NCBI GenBank assembly: GCA_002361175.1
Contig: DESG01000035.1
Span: forward strand, 3,275 to 67,274
DNA: 64,000 bases
Direction of reading: 5' to 3'
Source of the DNA: Lachnoclostridium sp. UBA3320
GTDB taxonomy: Bacteria; Bacillota; Clostridia; Lachnospirales; Lachnospiraceae
Part shown: piece by piece, positions 19,082-30,542 of the stretch
How positions within the stretch are numbered: position 1 is the stretch's first letter
How the letters are laid out: every line of letters starts with the position of its first letter
Notes under the pieces: model-generated
Database searches by the model: none
What the model was told of the DNA's origin: nothing
The model's input: the letters and a program-made list of their open reading frames with translations, nothing else
Made by a program: the position numbers and the translations under genes

Positions 19082-20551
19082 ATGAATTTAGCCAATTTGC
19101 TTTGTGGCATTAGCTATGAATGTGTACAGGGAGATATTGACAGAGAGATTTCTGGTATTGCGTATGACTCAAGAAAAGTTTATTTAGGAAATATATTTGT
19201 CTGTATTAGTGGTGCTGTATCAGATGGTCATATTTTTGCAGAAGATGCTGCTAAGAAAGGTGCTGCTGTAATTGTTGCCCAAAGGGATATTAATGTGCCA
19301 TATAATGTGACTGTGCTTAAAGTTTCTGACAGCCGTGCCACTCTTGCCATGCTTTCAGCAGCGTATTTTAATTACCCAGCAAAGGAACTTGTGACTATAG
19401 GAATTACAGGCACTAAAGGAAAAACGACAGCAACATATATGGTGCGGCAGATGCTTGAGGATTCTGGTATAAAGACAGGGCTTATTGGTACTATTGAAAC
19501 AATTATTGGCGATAAGCATATACCTTCTGACCACACTACGCCTGAGTCATATATTGTACAACAGACATTTCGAGAAATGGCTGATGCTGGCTGTAAATGT
19601 GTTGTTATGGAAGTTTCATCACAAGGGCTTATGCTTAAAAGAGTAGGTGGCTTCACATTTGACTATGGCATCTTTACAAATCTTGAACCTGACCATATAG
19701 GACCTGCAGAGCATAAAGACTTAGATGACTATATACACTGTAAAAGTCTTTTATTCAGACAGTGCAGACATGGTATTTTTAATATAGATGATAGTCACTT
19801 AGAGAGAATATTAGAAGGACATACATGTGATGTTGAGACGTATGGCTTTTTAGATACAGCAGATATAAAAGCATCAGATGTACATTTCTTTGAGAGAGAG
19901 GGAACTCTTGGTGTATCATATCATCTTAGCGGACTTATAAATATGAATGTTGAAATTGATATTCCTGGCAAATTTAGTGTGTATAATTCTATGGCAGCTA
20001 TCTGTATATGCAGACATTTTAATGTTTCTGATGAAACTATAGTAAAATCACTTTCAAAGATACGTGTAAAAGGCAGAGTTGAGATTTTAGATGTATCATC
20101 AAAGTTTACAGTTATGGTTGACTATGCCCATAATGCAATGAGCCTTGAAAGCCTTTTAACAACTCTTAAAGAATATAATCCTAAAAGACTTGTCTGCCTT
20201 TTTGGGTGTGGTGGTAATCGCTCAAGGGAAAGGCGTTTTGAAATGGGTGAAGTATCTTCAAGGCTTGCAGATTTTACAGTAGTTACATCTGATAACCCAC
20301 GTTATGAAGAACCAGAGGCGATTATTGATGATATTATAACAGGTGTTAAAAAAGCTTGTGGAAATTATATTACAGTGACAGACAGAGCAGAGGCAATACG
20401 CTATGTTATAGAAAATGCTAAAGAAGGCGATGTCATAGTACTTGCGGGAAAAGGACATGAAGACTACCAAGAGATTAAAGGGAAAAAATACCATATGGAC
20501 GACAGAGAACTTGTAGCAGCAGTTGTGAGAGATGGTAATTTTATCAAATAG
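19082..20551 (+). CDS. murE: UDP-N-acetylmuramoyl-L-alanyl-D-glutamate--2,6-diaminopimelate ligase
   Basis: Mur ligase P-loop GITGTKGKTT and a DNPR motif indicating meso-DAP specificity. Confidence 0.9.
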   Translation: MNLANLLCGISYECVQGDIDREISGIAYDSRKVYLGNIFVCISGAVSDGHIFAEDAAKKGAAVIVAQRDINVPYNVTVLKVSDSRATLAMLSAAYFNYPAKELVTIGITGTKGKTTATYMVRQMLEDSGIKTGLIGTIETIIGDKHIPSDHTTPESYIVQQTFREMADAGCKCVVMEVSSQGLMLKRVGGFTFDYGIFTNLEPDHIGPAEHKDLDDYIHCKSLLFRQCRHGIFNIDDSHLERILEGHTCDVETYGFLDTADIKASDVHFFEREGTLGVSYHLSGLINMNVEIDIPGKFSVYNSMAAICICRHFNVSDETIVKSLSKIRVKGRVEILDVSSKFTVMVDYAHNAMSLESLLTTLKEYNPKRLVCLFGCGGNRSRERRFEMGEVSSRLADFTVVTSDNPRYEEPEAIIDDIITGVKKACGNYITVTDRAEAIRYVIENAKEGDVIVLAGKGHEDYQEIKGKKYHMDDRELVAAVVRDGNFIK

Positions 20552-20570
20552 AATTTATTTGGAGATTTAT

Positions 20571-22817
20571 ATGTTATTTGCTGATATAATTGTTGATATA
20601 TCTATTAAAAATCTTGATAAAACATTCCAGTACAGTGTACCCTCTGAAATGGAAAAAGACATTGTGATAGGTTCGCTTGTACATATACCTTTTGGCAATG
20701 GAAATAGAACTATTAAAGGGTATGTAGTTGGATTGTCAGATAGTCCTTTGCTTGATATATCAAAGATAAAAAGCATAGTGGACATTGAAAAACAAGTTGC
20801 AGTAGAATCTCACTTGCTTTCTCTTGCAGGTTGGATAAAAGAAAACTATGGTTCAACTATGAATGATGCTATTAAAGCTGTTATGCCTGTTAGAAGGGGA
20901 GTAAAAGAAAAAATTGTAAAAACTGTCTTTCCACTTGTGGACAGAGAAGAGATGGAAAAATTTGTCTTAGATTTTGAAAAAAAGCACAATACTGCAAGGG
21001 CAAGGGTGCTAAAGTACCTTTTAGAGCTTGACGGTATATTATATAATAGAGGTGTGGACTACAGTTTTATTGTAAAAGAGCTTAAAGTTTCTGGAATGGT
21101 TCTTGAAAGCCTAAAGCAAAGAGGAATAATAGATATTGAATCGCTGCGTCAGTACCGCAATCCTGCCAATAAATTATTATGGGAGAAAGAGTCACATATA
21201 CTTAATTCTGAACAACAATATATAAAGGACTGTGTATTATCTGATTTTAATAATGGCATAAGAAAGACATATCTTATACATGGAATTACAGGAAGTGGCA
21301 AGACAGAGGTTTATATAAGTATAATTAATTATGTAGTTGCACAAGGCAAACAGGTCATTGTGCTTATACCAGAGATAGCTCTTACTCTTCAGACTGTAAA
21401 CAGGTTTTACAGCCAGTTTAAAGAAAGAGTATCCGTTATACATTCAAGGCTTTCAGCTGGTGAAAAATACGACCAGTTTACAAGGGCAAAAGAGGGAAGT
21501 ATTGATATTATGATAGGTCCTCGTTCTGCACTTTTTACACCATTTAAAAATCTTGGGCTTATAGTTATTGACGAAGAACACGAAACAAGTTATCAAAGTG
21601 AATCATCACCTAAATATCATGCAAGAGAAGTGGCGATTCACAGAGCCTTAATGACAGGTTCAAGCGTTATACTTGGCTCTGCAACGCCTTCACTAGAAGC
21701 TTATTACAGAGCAGTTAGTGGAGAGTATAAACTTTTTAAATTAAAAAAACGTGCTGGTGGCGCAACAATTCCTGATGTATATACAATAGATTTAAGAGAA
21801 GAGTTTGAAAAGAAAAATTATTCTATATTCAGTGAAAAATTAAAATGCCTTATTGAAGAAAAATTGCTAAAACATGAACAGATAATATTATTTATTAACA
21901 GGCGAGGCTATGCCAGCTTTATATCATGCAGAAAGTGTGGAAAGGCAATAGGCTGTCCACACTGCTCTGTATCACTTAAACCACATATGTATAAAGGCGT
22001 AGTAAGCAGAATGAAATGTCACTTTTGTGGCTATGAAATACCCCTGCCTAATACGTGTCCTTCATGTGGTTCAAAATATATAGATGTATTTGGCATAGGC
22101 ACACAGCAAGTTGAAGAGGCTGTTAAAAAGCACTTTCTGGGTGCACGTACACTTAGAATGGACGCTGATACAACAAGCGGTAAAGATGGACATAGTAAGA
22201 TACTTGCACGTTTTAAAAATGGCGAAGCTGATATACTTATAGGCACACAGATGATAGTAAAAGGACATGACTTTCCAAATGTGACGCTTGTAGGAATTAT
22301 AGCAGCTGATTTATCACTTAATGCAAATGATTATAGAGCAGCAGAACACACATATCAGCTTATCGCACAAGCAGCAGGACGAGCAGGACGAGGAAAGAAA
22401 AAGGGAGAAGTAGTGTTACAGACATATCAGCCAGACCACTACAGCATAGTAAATGCTGCAAAGCAAGATTATGAAAGTTTTTATAAACAGGAAATAATTG
22501 TAAGACAGATATTGCAATATCCGCCAGTTTCAAATATACTAGGGATATTGGTGCTTTCAAAAAATGAAGAAAGTGCTTTAAAACTTGCCACGATAATATC
22601 AGAAGATATTGCAGGGCAATACCCATCTGTCACGGTGCTTGGTCCAACAGATGCTAATGTAGCAAAGGTAAAAGATATTTACCGCAAAATGGTTTATGGC
22701 AAGTGTAAAGATTACAGTATATTGTGCATGGTAAAGGATTGTATAGAAGCTTTCAAAGAACAAGATACAGAATACAAAGACTGTAGCATTGATTTTGAAT
22801 TTAACATTACAAAGTAA
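20571..22817 (+). CDS. priA: Primosomal protein N' (replication restart helicase PriA)
   Basis: Walker A GITGSGKTE, DEEH box, Cys-rich zinc-binding insert (CRKCG...CPHC...CHFCG...CPSCG). Confidence 0.92.
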   Translation: MLFADIIVDISIKNLDKTFQYSVPSEMEKDIVIGSLVHIPFGNGNRTIKGYVVGLSDSPLLDISKIKSIVDIEKQVAVESHLLSLAGWIKENYGSTMNDAIKAVMPVRRGVKEKIVKTVFPLVDREEMEKFVLDFEKKHNTARARVLKYLLELDGILYNRGVDYSFIVKELKVSGMVLESLKQRGIIDIESLRQYRNPANKLLWEKESHILNSEQQYIKDCVLSDFNNGIRKTYLIHGITGSGKTEVYISIINYVVAQGKQVIVLIPEIALTLQTVNRFYSQFKERVSVIHSRLSAGEKYDQFTRAKEGSIDIMIGPRSALFTPFKNLGLIVIDEEHETSYQSESSPKYHAREVAIHRALMTGSSVILGSATPSLEAYYRAVSGEYKLFKLKKRAGGATIPDVYTIDLREEFEKKNYSIFSEKLKCLIEEKLLKHEQIILFINRRGYASFISCRKCGKAIGCPHCSVSLKPHMYKGVVSRMKCHFCGYEIPLPNTCPSCGSKYIDVFGIGTQQVEEAVKKHFLGARTLRMDADTTSGKDGHSKILARFKNGEADILIGTQMIVKGHDFPNVTLVGIIAADLSLNANDYRAAEHTYQLIAQAAGRAGRGKKKGEVVLQTYQPDHYSIVNAAKQDYESFYKQEIIVRQILQYPPVSNILGILVLSKNEESALKLATIISEDIAGQYPSVTVLGPTDANVAKVKDIYRKMVYGKCKDYSILCMVKDCIEAFKEQDTEYKDCSIDFEFNITK

Positions 22818-22859
22818 TTTTTTATCATGAAAAGGAAAAGGAAAAGGTGATTAGGTAAG

Positions 22860-23357
22860 ATGGCTATTAGACAAATAAGAACAATAGGAGATGAAATACT
22901 TTTGCATAATACAAAACCTGTTAAAGCAATAACTCCTCGTATATCAATGCTTATTGGAGATATGCTTGATACGATGTATGAAGCAAAGGGCGTTGGACTT
23001 GCTGCTCCACAAGTAGGTATACTTAAACAGATAGTTGTAATAGATGTAACTGAAGAGGGTAACAACCCATTAGTTCTTATAAATCCAGAGATAATTGAAC
23101 TTTCAGGAGAACAAACAGGACAGGAAGCATGTCTTAGCGTGCCAGGCAAGGCTGGTATTGTCACAAGAGCTAATTATGCAAAAGTTAAAGCATATAATGA
23201 ACATATGGAAGAGATAATAGTAGAAGGAGAAGAGTTGCTTGCAAGAGCATTACAGCATGAGATAGACCACCTTTCTGGAATTCTGTATGTTTCTAAGGTT
23301 GAAGACGGTATTTTTGATGTCAACATTACAGAAGAGGAAGAGAAAAACGAGGAGTGA
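22860..23357 (+). CDS. def: Peptide deformylase
   Basis: Motifs [13 protein letters not shown] and HEIDH. Confidence 0.93.
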   Translation: MAIRQIRTIGDEILLHNTKPVKAITPRISMLIGDMLDTMYEAKGVGLAAPQVGILKQIVVIDVTEEGNNPLVLINPEIIELSGEQTGQEACLSVPGKAGIVTRANYAKVKAYNEHMEEIIVEGEELLARALQHEIDHLSGILYVSKVEDGIFDVNITEEEEKNEE

Positions 23358-23361
23358 TAAT

Positions 23362-24345
23362 GTGAGAATAGTATTTATGGGAACTCCTGATTTTGCAGTA
23401 GAAACTTTAAAATGCCTTATAGACAGTAAACATGATGTTGTCGCTGTTGTCACACAACCTGACCAGCCAAAGGGAAGAAGTAAGAAACTTGTACCTTCTC
23501 CTGTTAAAGAAGCGGCGCTAAAGGCAAAAGAGGGCAAAAATTCAGAGATAAAGATTTATCAGCCTATCAAAGCAAATGACAAAAGATTTATAGAAGAACT
23601 TCTAAATATAAAGCCTGATGTTATTGTAGTGGCAGCTTTCGGGCAGATACTTCCAGCACAGATAATAAACTTGCCAAAATATGGATGTATAAATGTACAT
23701 GCGTCACTTCTCCCAAAATTACGTGGTGCAGCACCTATACAACGTGCTATAATAAATGGAGACAAAGAAAGTGGCGTTACAATAATGCAGATGGATGAGG
23801 GTCTTGACACTGGAGATATACTGCTTTGCAGAAAATGCCAAATTGATGACAAAGAGACAGGCGGCAGTCTCTTTAAAAAGCTTGCAGTATTTGGAGGCCC
23901 TATGGTGCTTGAAGTGCTTGAAATGGCAGAAAATAAAACTTTAAAACCAGTTAAGCAAGATGATGCCAGACATACTTATGCCAAAATGCTAAAAAAAGAC
24001 ATGGGTGATATTGATTTTAATGTTCCTGCAAAAGAAATTGAACGACTTATAAGAGGACTTGACCCATGGCCATGTGCATTTACACATATTCATGGAAAAA
24101 CACTTAAAATATGGAATGCAGACGTACTTTCTGATGCTTTAGCAGAAAAATCAGGCATTGCAGAAAAGACGGCAGAGGCAGGAACAATTATATCTGTCAG
24201 AAAAAATGATATAATAGTAAAAACCGCAAAAGATTACTTAATTATTAATTCATTACAGCTTGAAGGAAAAAAGAGAATGGAAACAGGAGCTTTTTTAAGA
24301 GGTTATAAAATAGAAAAGGGAGAGCGGTTTGACAAAAAAAATTAA
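23362..24345 (+). CDS. fmt: Methionyl-tRNA formyltransferase
   Basis: A GTG start at 23362 gives VRIVFMGTPDFAV. HASLLPKLRGAAPIQ motif. The upstream part of the track ORF overlaps def and is not credible. Confidence 0.9.
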   Translation: MRIVFMGTPDFAVETLKCLIDSKHDVVAVVTQPDQPKGRSKKLVPSPVKEAALKAKEGKNSEIKIYQPIKANDKRFIEELLNIKPDVIVVAAFGQILPAQIINLPKYGCINVHASLLPKLRGAAPIQRAIINGDKESGVTIMQMDEGLDTGDILLCRKCQIDDKETGGSLFKKLAVFGGPMVLEVLEMAENKTLKPVKQDDARHTYAKMLKKDMGDIDFNVPAKEIERLIRGLDPWPCAFTHIHGKTLKIWNADVLSDALAEKSGIAEKTAEAGTIISVRKNDIIVKTAKDYLIINSLQLEGKKRMETGAFLRGYKIEKGERFDKKN

Positions 24346-25696
24346 TAATAATAAAAACATACGTGGTTTTGCTTTAGATATAATTATAAATGTTATGGAA
24401 AATGGGGCATATTCAGACAAAGCACTTCACAATGTACTAGATAGCGGCACTATTACAGAAAAAAGAGACAGAGCATTTCTTTCAAGACTGTGTGAGGGAA
24501 CAGTTGAAAGAGTTATACTACTTGACTATATAATAGACTGCTTTTCAAGTGTAAAGACACATAAAATGAAACCTGTTATAAGAAATGTAATGCGTATGTC
24601 TGTTTACCAGATATTTTATATGGAACAAGTAACAGATGCTGCTGCGTGTAACGAAGCTGTAAAATTAACAATTAAACGTGGCTTTAAAGGTTTAAGTGGT
24701 TTTGTAAATGGTGTATTAAGAAATATTATTCGCAATAAAGATAGTATTATATACCCATCTATAACAGATGGATTTAACAAATATGCTTCTATAAAATATT
24801 CTATGCCAGAGTGGATTGTAGAAGAATTAAGAACTGAATATGGCAAAGAGATAGCTGAAAAGATACTAAAATCGTTTCTTAGTGAAAATAAGTGCATTTG
24901 CGTAAGATGCAACCTTTCAAAGGCAAGTACTATAAAGATAGAAGAAATGCTTAAAGCAGATGGTGTTACAGTAAATAGAGGAAATTTCTTTGACTATGCT
25001 TTAAATATAAGTGATTATAATAAAATTACAGAACTTAAAGCATTTAAAGATGGATTTATACAAGTGCAAGATGAAAGCTCAATGCTTACTGTTGCAATTT
25101 CACGTATTAAGGAAAATGACACAGTTATTGATATATGCGCTGCACCTGGCGGAAAGACACTTCAAGCATCTGATGTGTTAAATGGCACTGGATTGGTTAT
25201 TTCATGTGATATTTCAGAAAGTAAAACAAAGTTTATACATGAAAATATAAAAAGAGCAGGTTTTAAAAATATAGATATATATAAAAATAATGCACTTATA
25301 TATAAAGACGACTGGCGAGAAATAGCAGATGTTGTTATAGCAGATTTGCCATGTTCAGGGCTTGGTGTTATGGGTAGAAAGTGTGATATAAAATATAAAA
25401 CAAAGCCTAGTGATATAGACGACCTTACCACCATACAAAGAGAAATGCTTAAAATTGCAAGTCAGTACGTAAAACTTGGCGGCAGACTAATTTACAGCAC
25501 TTGTACAATTACACAAGCAGAAAATATAGAAAACTTTGAATGGATAAAAAACAATTTGCCATTTAAAAGTGAGTCTATAGAAGAACTTCTCCCCGAAAAA
25601 CTTAAAGGAAAGACAGGAAAAAATGGTTTTATACAAGTACTACCACATATGGCAGGTACAGATGGCTATTTTGCAGCTTCATTTGTTAAATATTAA
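24329..25696 (+). CDS. rsmB: 16S rRNA (cytosine967-C5)-methyltransferase RsmB/Sun
   Basis: NusB-like N-terminal domain, SAM motif DICAAPGGKT, catalytic DLPCSG and TCT motifs. Confidence 0.88.
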   Translation: MTKKINNNKNIRGFALDIIINVMENGAYSDKALHNVLDSGTITEKRDRAFLSRLCEGTVERVILLDYIIDCFSSVKTHKMKPVIRNVMRMSVYQIFYMEQVTDAAACNEAVKLTIKRGFKGLSGFVNGVLRNIIRNKDSIIYPSITDGFNKYASIKYSMPEWIVEELRTEYGKEIAEKILKSFLSENKCICVRCNLSKASTIKIEEMLKADGVTVNRGNFFDYALNISDYNKITELKAFKDGFIQVQDESSMLTVAISRIKENDTVIDICAAPGGKTLQASDVLNGTGLVISCDISESKTKFIHENIKRAGFKNIDIYKNNALIYKDDWREIADVVIADLPCSGLGVMGRKCDIKYKTKPSDIDDLTTIQREMLKIASQYVKLGGRLIYSTCTITQAENIENFEWIKNNLPFKSESIEELLPEKLKGKTGKNGFIQVLPHMAGTDGYFAASFVKY

Positions 25697-25713
25697 AAAA
25701 CTATTTGCAGGTA

Positions 25714-26784
25714 ATGGATGGTGATATATTGGCAAAAGAACTACTGGTAAAAAAAGATATAATGAACTTAGACTATGAAGAAATGGAAGAATTTATCCAT
25801 AGTATGGGTGAAAAAACTTTTAGAGCAAAACAACTTTATGAATGGATACATAAAAAGCTTGTATGCTCATTTGATGAAATGACTAATATTTCAAAGGAAT
25901 TTCGAGCAAGCCTTGATAAAAAATGTACAATAGAAAGTGTACGAATTATACAAATACAGAAATCAAAAGATGGAACACGCAAATATTTAATGCAGCTTTT
26001 AGATGGCAATACAGTTGAAAGTGTGCTTATGAAATATAAACACGGCAACAGTGTCTGCATTTCAACACAGGTAGGATGCCGAATGGGATGTAAATTTTGC
26101 GCTTCAACAGTAGGCGGTCTTATTAGGAATTTAGAGCCATCTGAGATGCTTGGACAGATTTATCAGATACAGCACACTACAGGAGAGCGAGTATCTAATG
26201 TAATACTTATGGGAATAGGTGAACCATTAGATAATTACGAAAATGTTGTGAAATTTATAAAGATGCTTTCTGATGAAAGAGGACTTAATATAAGTCAGAG
26301 AAATATAACTCTTTCTACATGTGGACTTGCAGAAAAACTTACAGAGCTTGTGGATAAACATCTAGGAATAACTATAGCTATATCACTACATGCACCTGAT
26401 GATGTGCTCCGCAAAGAGATAATGCCAGTAGCAAAAAAATATTCTATTCAGGATATAATAAAAGCGTGCAGATATTATATAGAACAGACAGGGCGTAGAA
26501 TAACATTTGAATACAGCCTTATAGAAGGAGTTAATGATATGCCAGAACACGCCAGAAAGCTTGCCATATTGCTTAGTAGTCTAAACTGTCATGTAAATCT
26601 TATACCACTTAATCCTGTAAATGGAAGAATGGGACATCGTTCTAGCAGGGCAAACGTAGAGCGATTTAAATTAATGCTTGAAAAAAAGGGCATTAACGTT
26701 ACTATTAGAAGAGAGATGGGCAGTGATATAGATGCTGCCTGTGGCCAGCTGCGCAATAAGAACAAAGGAGGGAAATCTACATGA
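25714..26784 (+). CDS. rlmN: 23S rRNA/tRNA (adenine-C2)-methyltransferase RlmN (radical SAM)
   Basis: CRMGCKFC radical-SAM cluster motif and a C-terminal conserved Cys (DIDAACGQL). The exact start is uncertain (25705-25762). Confidence 0.88.
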   Translation: MDGDILAKELLVKKDIMNLDYEEMEEFIHSMGEKTFRAKQLYEWIHKKLVCSFDEMTNISKEFRASLDKKCTIESVRIIQIQKSKDGTRKYLMQLLDGNTVESVLMKYKHGNSVCISTQVGCRMGCKFCASTVGGLIRNLEPSEMLGQIYQIQHTTGERVSNVILMGIGEPLDNYENVVKFIKMLSDERGLNISQRNITLSTCGLAEKLTELVDKHLGITIAISLHAPDDVLRKEIMPVAKKYSIQDIIKACRYYIEQTGRRITFEYSLIEGVNDMPEHARKLAILLSSLNCHVNLIPLNPVNGRMGHRSSRANVERFKLMLEKKGINVTIRREMGSDIDAACGQLRNKNKGGKST

Positions 26785-27503
26785 AAGCATATGCAAAAAC
26801 TGATATAGGAAAAAAACGTTCAATGAACCAAGATTACTTTTATTGTAGTAATAATCCTGTTGGCAGTTTCCAGAACCTTTTAATAGCTGCTGACGGCATG
26901 GGTGGTCATAGAGCAGGAGACCATGCTTCAAAGCTTTGTGTAGAAAACATAGTGAAATCAATATCAAGTAACATACATAGTACGCCTGTGACAGTATTTA
27001 ATGAAGCAATTATGGCTGCTAATAAAGTTGTCTATGAAGAAGCAAGGCGATATCCCCAATATGAGGGAATGGGCACAACTGTAGTGGCATGTACACTGCT
27101 TGACAAGACATTATATGTGGCAAATATAGGAGATTCACGCCTGTATTTAATAAGTGATGAAATAAAACAAGTGACAAGTGACCATTCGCTTGTAGAAGAA
27201 ATGGTAAAAAAAGGTGATATAACAGAGAGAGAGGCAAGAGTTCATCCACAGAAAAATATAATAACAAGAGCACTTGGAATAGATGACCAAGTACATGCTG
27301 ATTATTTTGAAATATCAGTGGAAACATCAGATATTGTACTTTTGTGCACAGACGGGCTTACAAATATGATTGAAGATGATGATATTGAATATATTGTAAA
27401 ACACAGCGGCTCCATAGAAAAGGCTGTTAATTCACTAGTTGCCAAAGCAAATGAAAATGGGGGTTACGATAATATTACAGTAATCCTTGCGGTAGTAAAT
27501 TGA
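26781..27503 (+). CDS. stp: PP2C-family Ser/Thr phosphatase (Stp/PrpC)
   Basis: Motifs NQDYF, ADGMGGH, LCTDGL and DNITV. Overlaps the rlmN stop. Confidence 0.9.
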   Translation: MKAYAKTDIGKKRSMNQDYFYCSNNPVGSFQNLLIAADGMGGHRAGDHASKLCVENIVKSISSNIHSTPVTVFNEAIMAANKVVYEEARRYPQYEGMGTTVVACTLLDKTLYVANIGDSRLYLISDEIKQVTSDHSLVEEMVKKGDITEREARVHPQKNIITRALGIDDQVHADYFEISVETSDIVLLCTDGLTNMIEDDDIEYIVKHSGSIEKAVNSLVAKANENGGYDNITVILAVVN

Positions 27504-27531
27504 CAGTGTAAGCAGCAGATTGGAGGGTATA

Positions 27532-29634
27532 ATGATTAGTCTGGGCATGATGATAAGCGAAAGATATGAAATTATTGATAAAGTTGGCTCTGGCGGCATG
27601 GCAGATGTGTATAAAGCAAAAGACCACCGTCTGAATCGATTTGTTGCTATAAAGATTTTAAAACAAGAATACAGTAATGATGCAAAGTATGTAACAAAAT
27701 TTAGAGTAGAGGCACAATCTGTTGCAGGATTGTCACACCCTAATATTGTAAATGTATATGATGTAGGCGATGATAATGGGCTGTCTTATATTGTAATGGA
27801 GCTTGTTGAAGGCATAACTCTTAAAAAGTTTATCGAAAAAAAAGGTAAATTGGATATAAAAGAAGCAGTAGGCATAGGTATACAAATCGCACAGGGAATT
27901 GAAGTTGCACACGAAAATCATATTATACATCGTGACATTAAGCCTCAAAATATTATTATTTCAAAAGAAGGAAAAGTCAAAGTAACTGATTTTGGTATTG
28001 CAAAAGCTGCAACGTCTAATACAATTACATCTAATGCAATGGGTTCAGTACATTATATAAGCCCCGAACAGGCAAGAGGGGGCTATAGTGATGAAAAAAG
28101 TGATATCTATTCTCTTGGCGTTACAATGTATGAGATGCTTTCTGGAAGAGTGCCATTTGAGGGAGAACGCACCGTTACTGTTGCACTTGCGCATATACAA
28201 GATGAAGCTGCAACTCTTGATGAGATAGAGCCTGATATGCCTCACAGTCTTTCTAAAATAGTACAGAAATGTATGCAGAAAAAACCTGATATGCGTTATA
28301 TGTCAGTTGCAGCACTTATTACAGATTTGAAGCGTTCACTGATAGAGCCTGATGGCAATTATGTAATGTTTATGGAAGACAATTCTGATTCGCCTACTAT
28401 TATGCTTTCAGATTCCGATTTAGGGAATATAAAAGAAGCAACAAAAGTAATGCCTGACATTGACAGAGAAGAAGAAATTCCCGAAGAAGATATTATAGAT
28501 CCTAAACTTGAAAGAATACTTAAAATATGTAGTGGTGTTGTTGCAGTAATAATTATAGTCGTAATAGTTATAATTATCGGAAAAGTAAGTGGCTGGTGGG
28601 GCAAACCATCTAAAAAGGTAGAGACGACACCACCGCCAGAGGCAACAAGTTCTGTTGTTCCTTCTACAGAGCCTGTTTCAGACCTTATAGAAGTACCTAA
28701 AATTGTAGGATATACACTTGCTGACGCAGAAGATATACTTGACAGTGCCAAGCTTAAATATCGCCTAGAACCTGTTGAATCCGATGAGGAAGTTAATCAA
28801 GTTACAGACCAGAATCCAGAGGCTGGTAAGCAAGTTAAAGAATATTCTACTGTAATAGTTTATTATAGCCAGGGTAAAGAAGAAAATTATATAACAATTC
28901 CAAATTTCGTAAACGATTCAGTTGACAGTGTAATGACTGCGCTTATAAATCTTGGTCTTAAAGTGGCAGGACAGGACGAAATGTACAGTGAAAGTGTTGA
29001 TGCTGGTTTAGTATGTGGTACTTATCCAGTTATAGGCTCTGCTGTGAAAAAAGGGACTGCTGTTACTATACAGATAAGCAAAGGGCCTGAAAGAAAGACT
29101 ACAAAAGTGCCATATATTGTTGGCAAAGAGGTTTCTGTAGCACTGGCAAGACTTGAAGAGAGAGGACTTAAAGGAAATACTGATGATGTGACGTATATAC
29201 ATTCTGATAAATATCCAGAGGGAATAGTGGTAACACAGTCAATCGCAAGAGGAACAGAGGTAGAAGCAGGCACAGTAATAGATTACGCTGTAAGTCTAGG
29301 ACCAAAAGACCCTGAACCTGAACCTGAAACCCCAACTGATACTCCCGAGCCCCCAGAACCTTCAGATGATGATGTTTCGTATGTATATATGGGAAGTGTT
29401 ACGATAGCTGGCAATCCATTTGACTTTCCAGATGATACTGGAAGAATTAAACTTGTACTTAATCAAGATGGCAGAGAACGTACAGTTTGGAATGGGACAT
29501 TAGGCTATGACGATTTTCCTATGAAATTTGAATTTGAAGGCTGGAGCGAAAACAATGGAACTATAACACTTTATAAAGACGATGAAGCGACAGGCAATTC
29601 ATATTATGTAGAATTTGAAAAGGTTGTAGAATGA
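27532..29634 (+). CDS. prkC: Ser/Thr protein kinase with PASTA repeats (PrkC/Stk1)
   Basis: Hanks kinase motifs (GSGGMADVYKA, HRDIKPQN, DFG), a TM helix, three PASTA-like repeats and a C-terminal beta domain. Confidence 0.9.
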   Translation: MISLGMMISERYEIIDKVGSGGMADVYKAKDHRLNRFVAIKILKQEYSNDAKYVTKFRVEAQSVAGLSHPNIVNVYDVGDDNGLSYIVMELVEGITLKKFIEKKGKLDIKEAVGIGIQIAQGIEVAHENHIIHRDIKPQNIIISKEGKVKVTDFGIAKAATSNTITSNAMGSVHYISPEQARGGYSDEKSDIYSLGVTMYEMLSGRVPFEGERTVTVALAHIQDEAATLDEIEPDMPHSLSKIVQKCMQKKPDMRYMSVAALITDLKRSLIEPDGNYVMFMEDNSDSPTIMLSDSDLGNIKEATKVMPDIDREEEIPEEDIIDPKLERILKICSGVVAVIIIVVIVIIIGKVSGWWGKPSKKVETTPPPEATSSVVPSTEPVSDLIEVPKIVGYTLADAEDILDSAKLKYRLEPVESDEEVNQVTDQNPEAGKQVKEYSTVIVYYSQGKEENYITIPNFVNDSVDSVMTALINLGLKVAGQDEMYSESVDAGLVCGTYPVIGSAVKKGTAVTIQISKGPERKTTKVPYIVGKEVSVALARLEERGLKGNTDDVTYIHSDKYPEGIVVTQSIARGTEVEAGTVIDYAVSLGPKDPEPEPETPTDTPEPPEPSDDDVSYVYMGSVTIAGNPFDFPDDTGRIKLVLNQDGRERTVWNGTLGYDDFPMKFEFEGWSENNGTITLYKDDEATGNSYYVEFEKVVE

Positions 29635-30512
29635 TGAATGGTAAAATAGTGCGTGGCATAGCAGGATTTTATTATGTACATGTAAAAGAGGCAGGAATAT
29701 TTGAATGTAAAGCAAAAGGAATATTTAGAAACAACAATATAAAGCCATTAGTAGGTGACAATGTAAAACTGGAAATATTAGACAGTGAAAAAATGCTTGG
29801 AAATATTACAGATATACTTCCAAGGAATAATTCTATTATACGTCCTGCTGTTGCCAATATTGACCAAGCAGTTGTTATAATTGCAGCATCATATCCCAAA
29901 CCTGACTTAAACCTTCTTGATAGATTCCTGCTTATGATGAGAATGCAAAATATATCAACAGCAGTGTGTTTTAATAAGTCTGATGATGCAGATGAAGAAT
30001 GGCTTTTACAGCTTGCAGATAACTACAGGGGTAGTGATTGTACAGTTTATATGACAAGCACAGTAACAGGAGATGGAATTGCAGAGTTTAAACAAGGAAT
30101 GACAGGAAAGACAACTGTGCTTGCAGGACCTTCTGGTGTTGGAAAGTCATCTGTTATAAACAGTTTATTTCCAGAAGCACAGATGGCTGTTGGCGATATA
30201 AGCAGCAAGATAAAAAGAGGCAGACACACAACTAGACATTCAGAGCTTCTAAGTCTTGGAAAAGAGACATATATAATGGACACGCCAGGTTTTACATCAT
30301 TAAAATTGCTATTATTAGAAAAAGAAGAGCTTAAACGGTATTATCCTGAATTTGAGCCTTATATGGACAGATGTAGATTTCTTGGGTGTTCACACATTAA
30401 CGAACCTGGATGTGCTATAAAAGATGCTGTACAAAACAATAATATTTCACAAAGCAGATACAATAACTATAAACAGTTCTACGAAGAAATAAGCCATATG
30501 AAAAAGTATTAA
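29631..30512 (+). CDS. rsgA: Ribosome small-subunit-dependent GTPase A
   Basis: OB fold, circularly permuted GTPase (NKSD ... GPSGVGKSS), C-terminal zinc motif (CRFLGCSHINEPGC). Confidence 0.9.
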   Translation: MMNGKIVRGIAGFYYVHVKEAGIFECKAKGIFRNNNIKPLVGDNVKLEILDSEKMLGNITDILPRNNSIIRPAVANIDQAVVIIAASYPKPDLNLLDRFLLMMRMQNISTAVCFNKSDDADEEWLLQLADNYRGSDCTVYMTSTVTGDGIAEFKQGMTGKTTVLAGPSGVGKSSVINSLFPEAQMAVGDISSKIKRGRHTTRHSELLSLGKETYIMDTPGFTSLKLLLLEKEELKRYYPEFEPYMDRCRFLGCSHINEPGCAIKDAVQNNNISQSRYNNYKQFYEEISHMKKY

Positions 30513-30542
30513 ATATATAGAAATGGACATAGAAAGTGATTT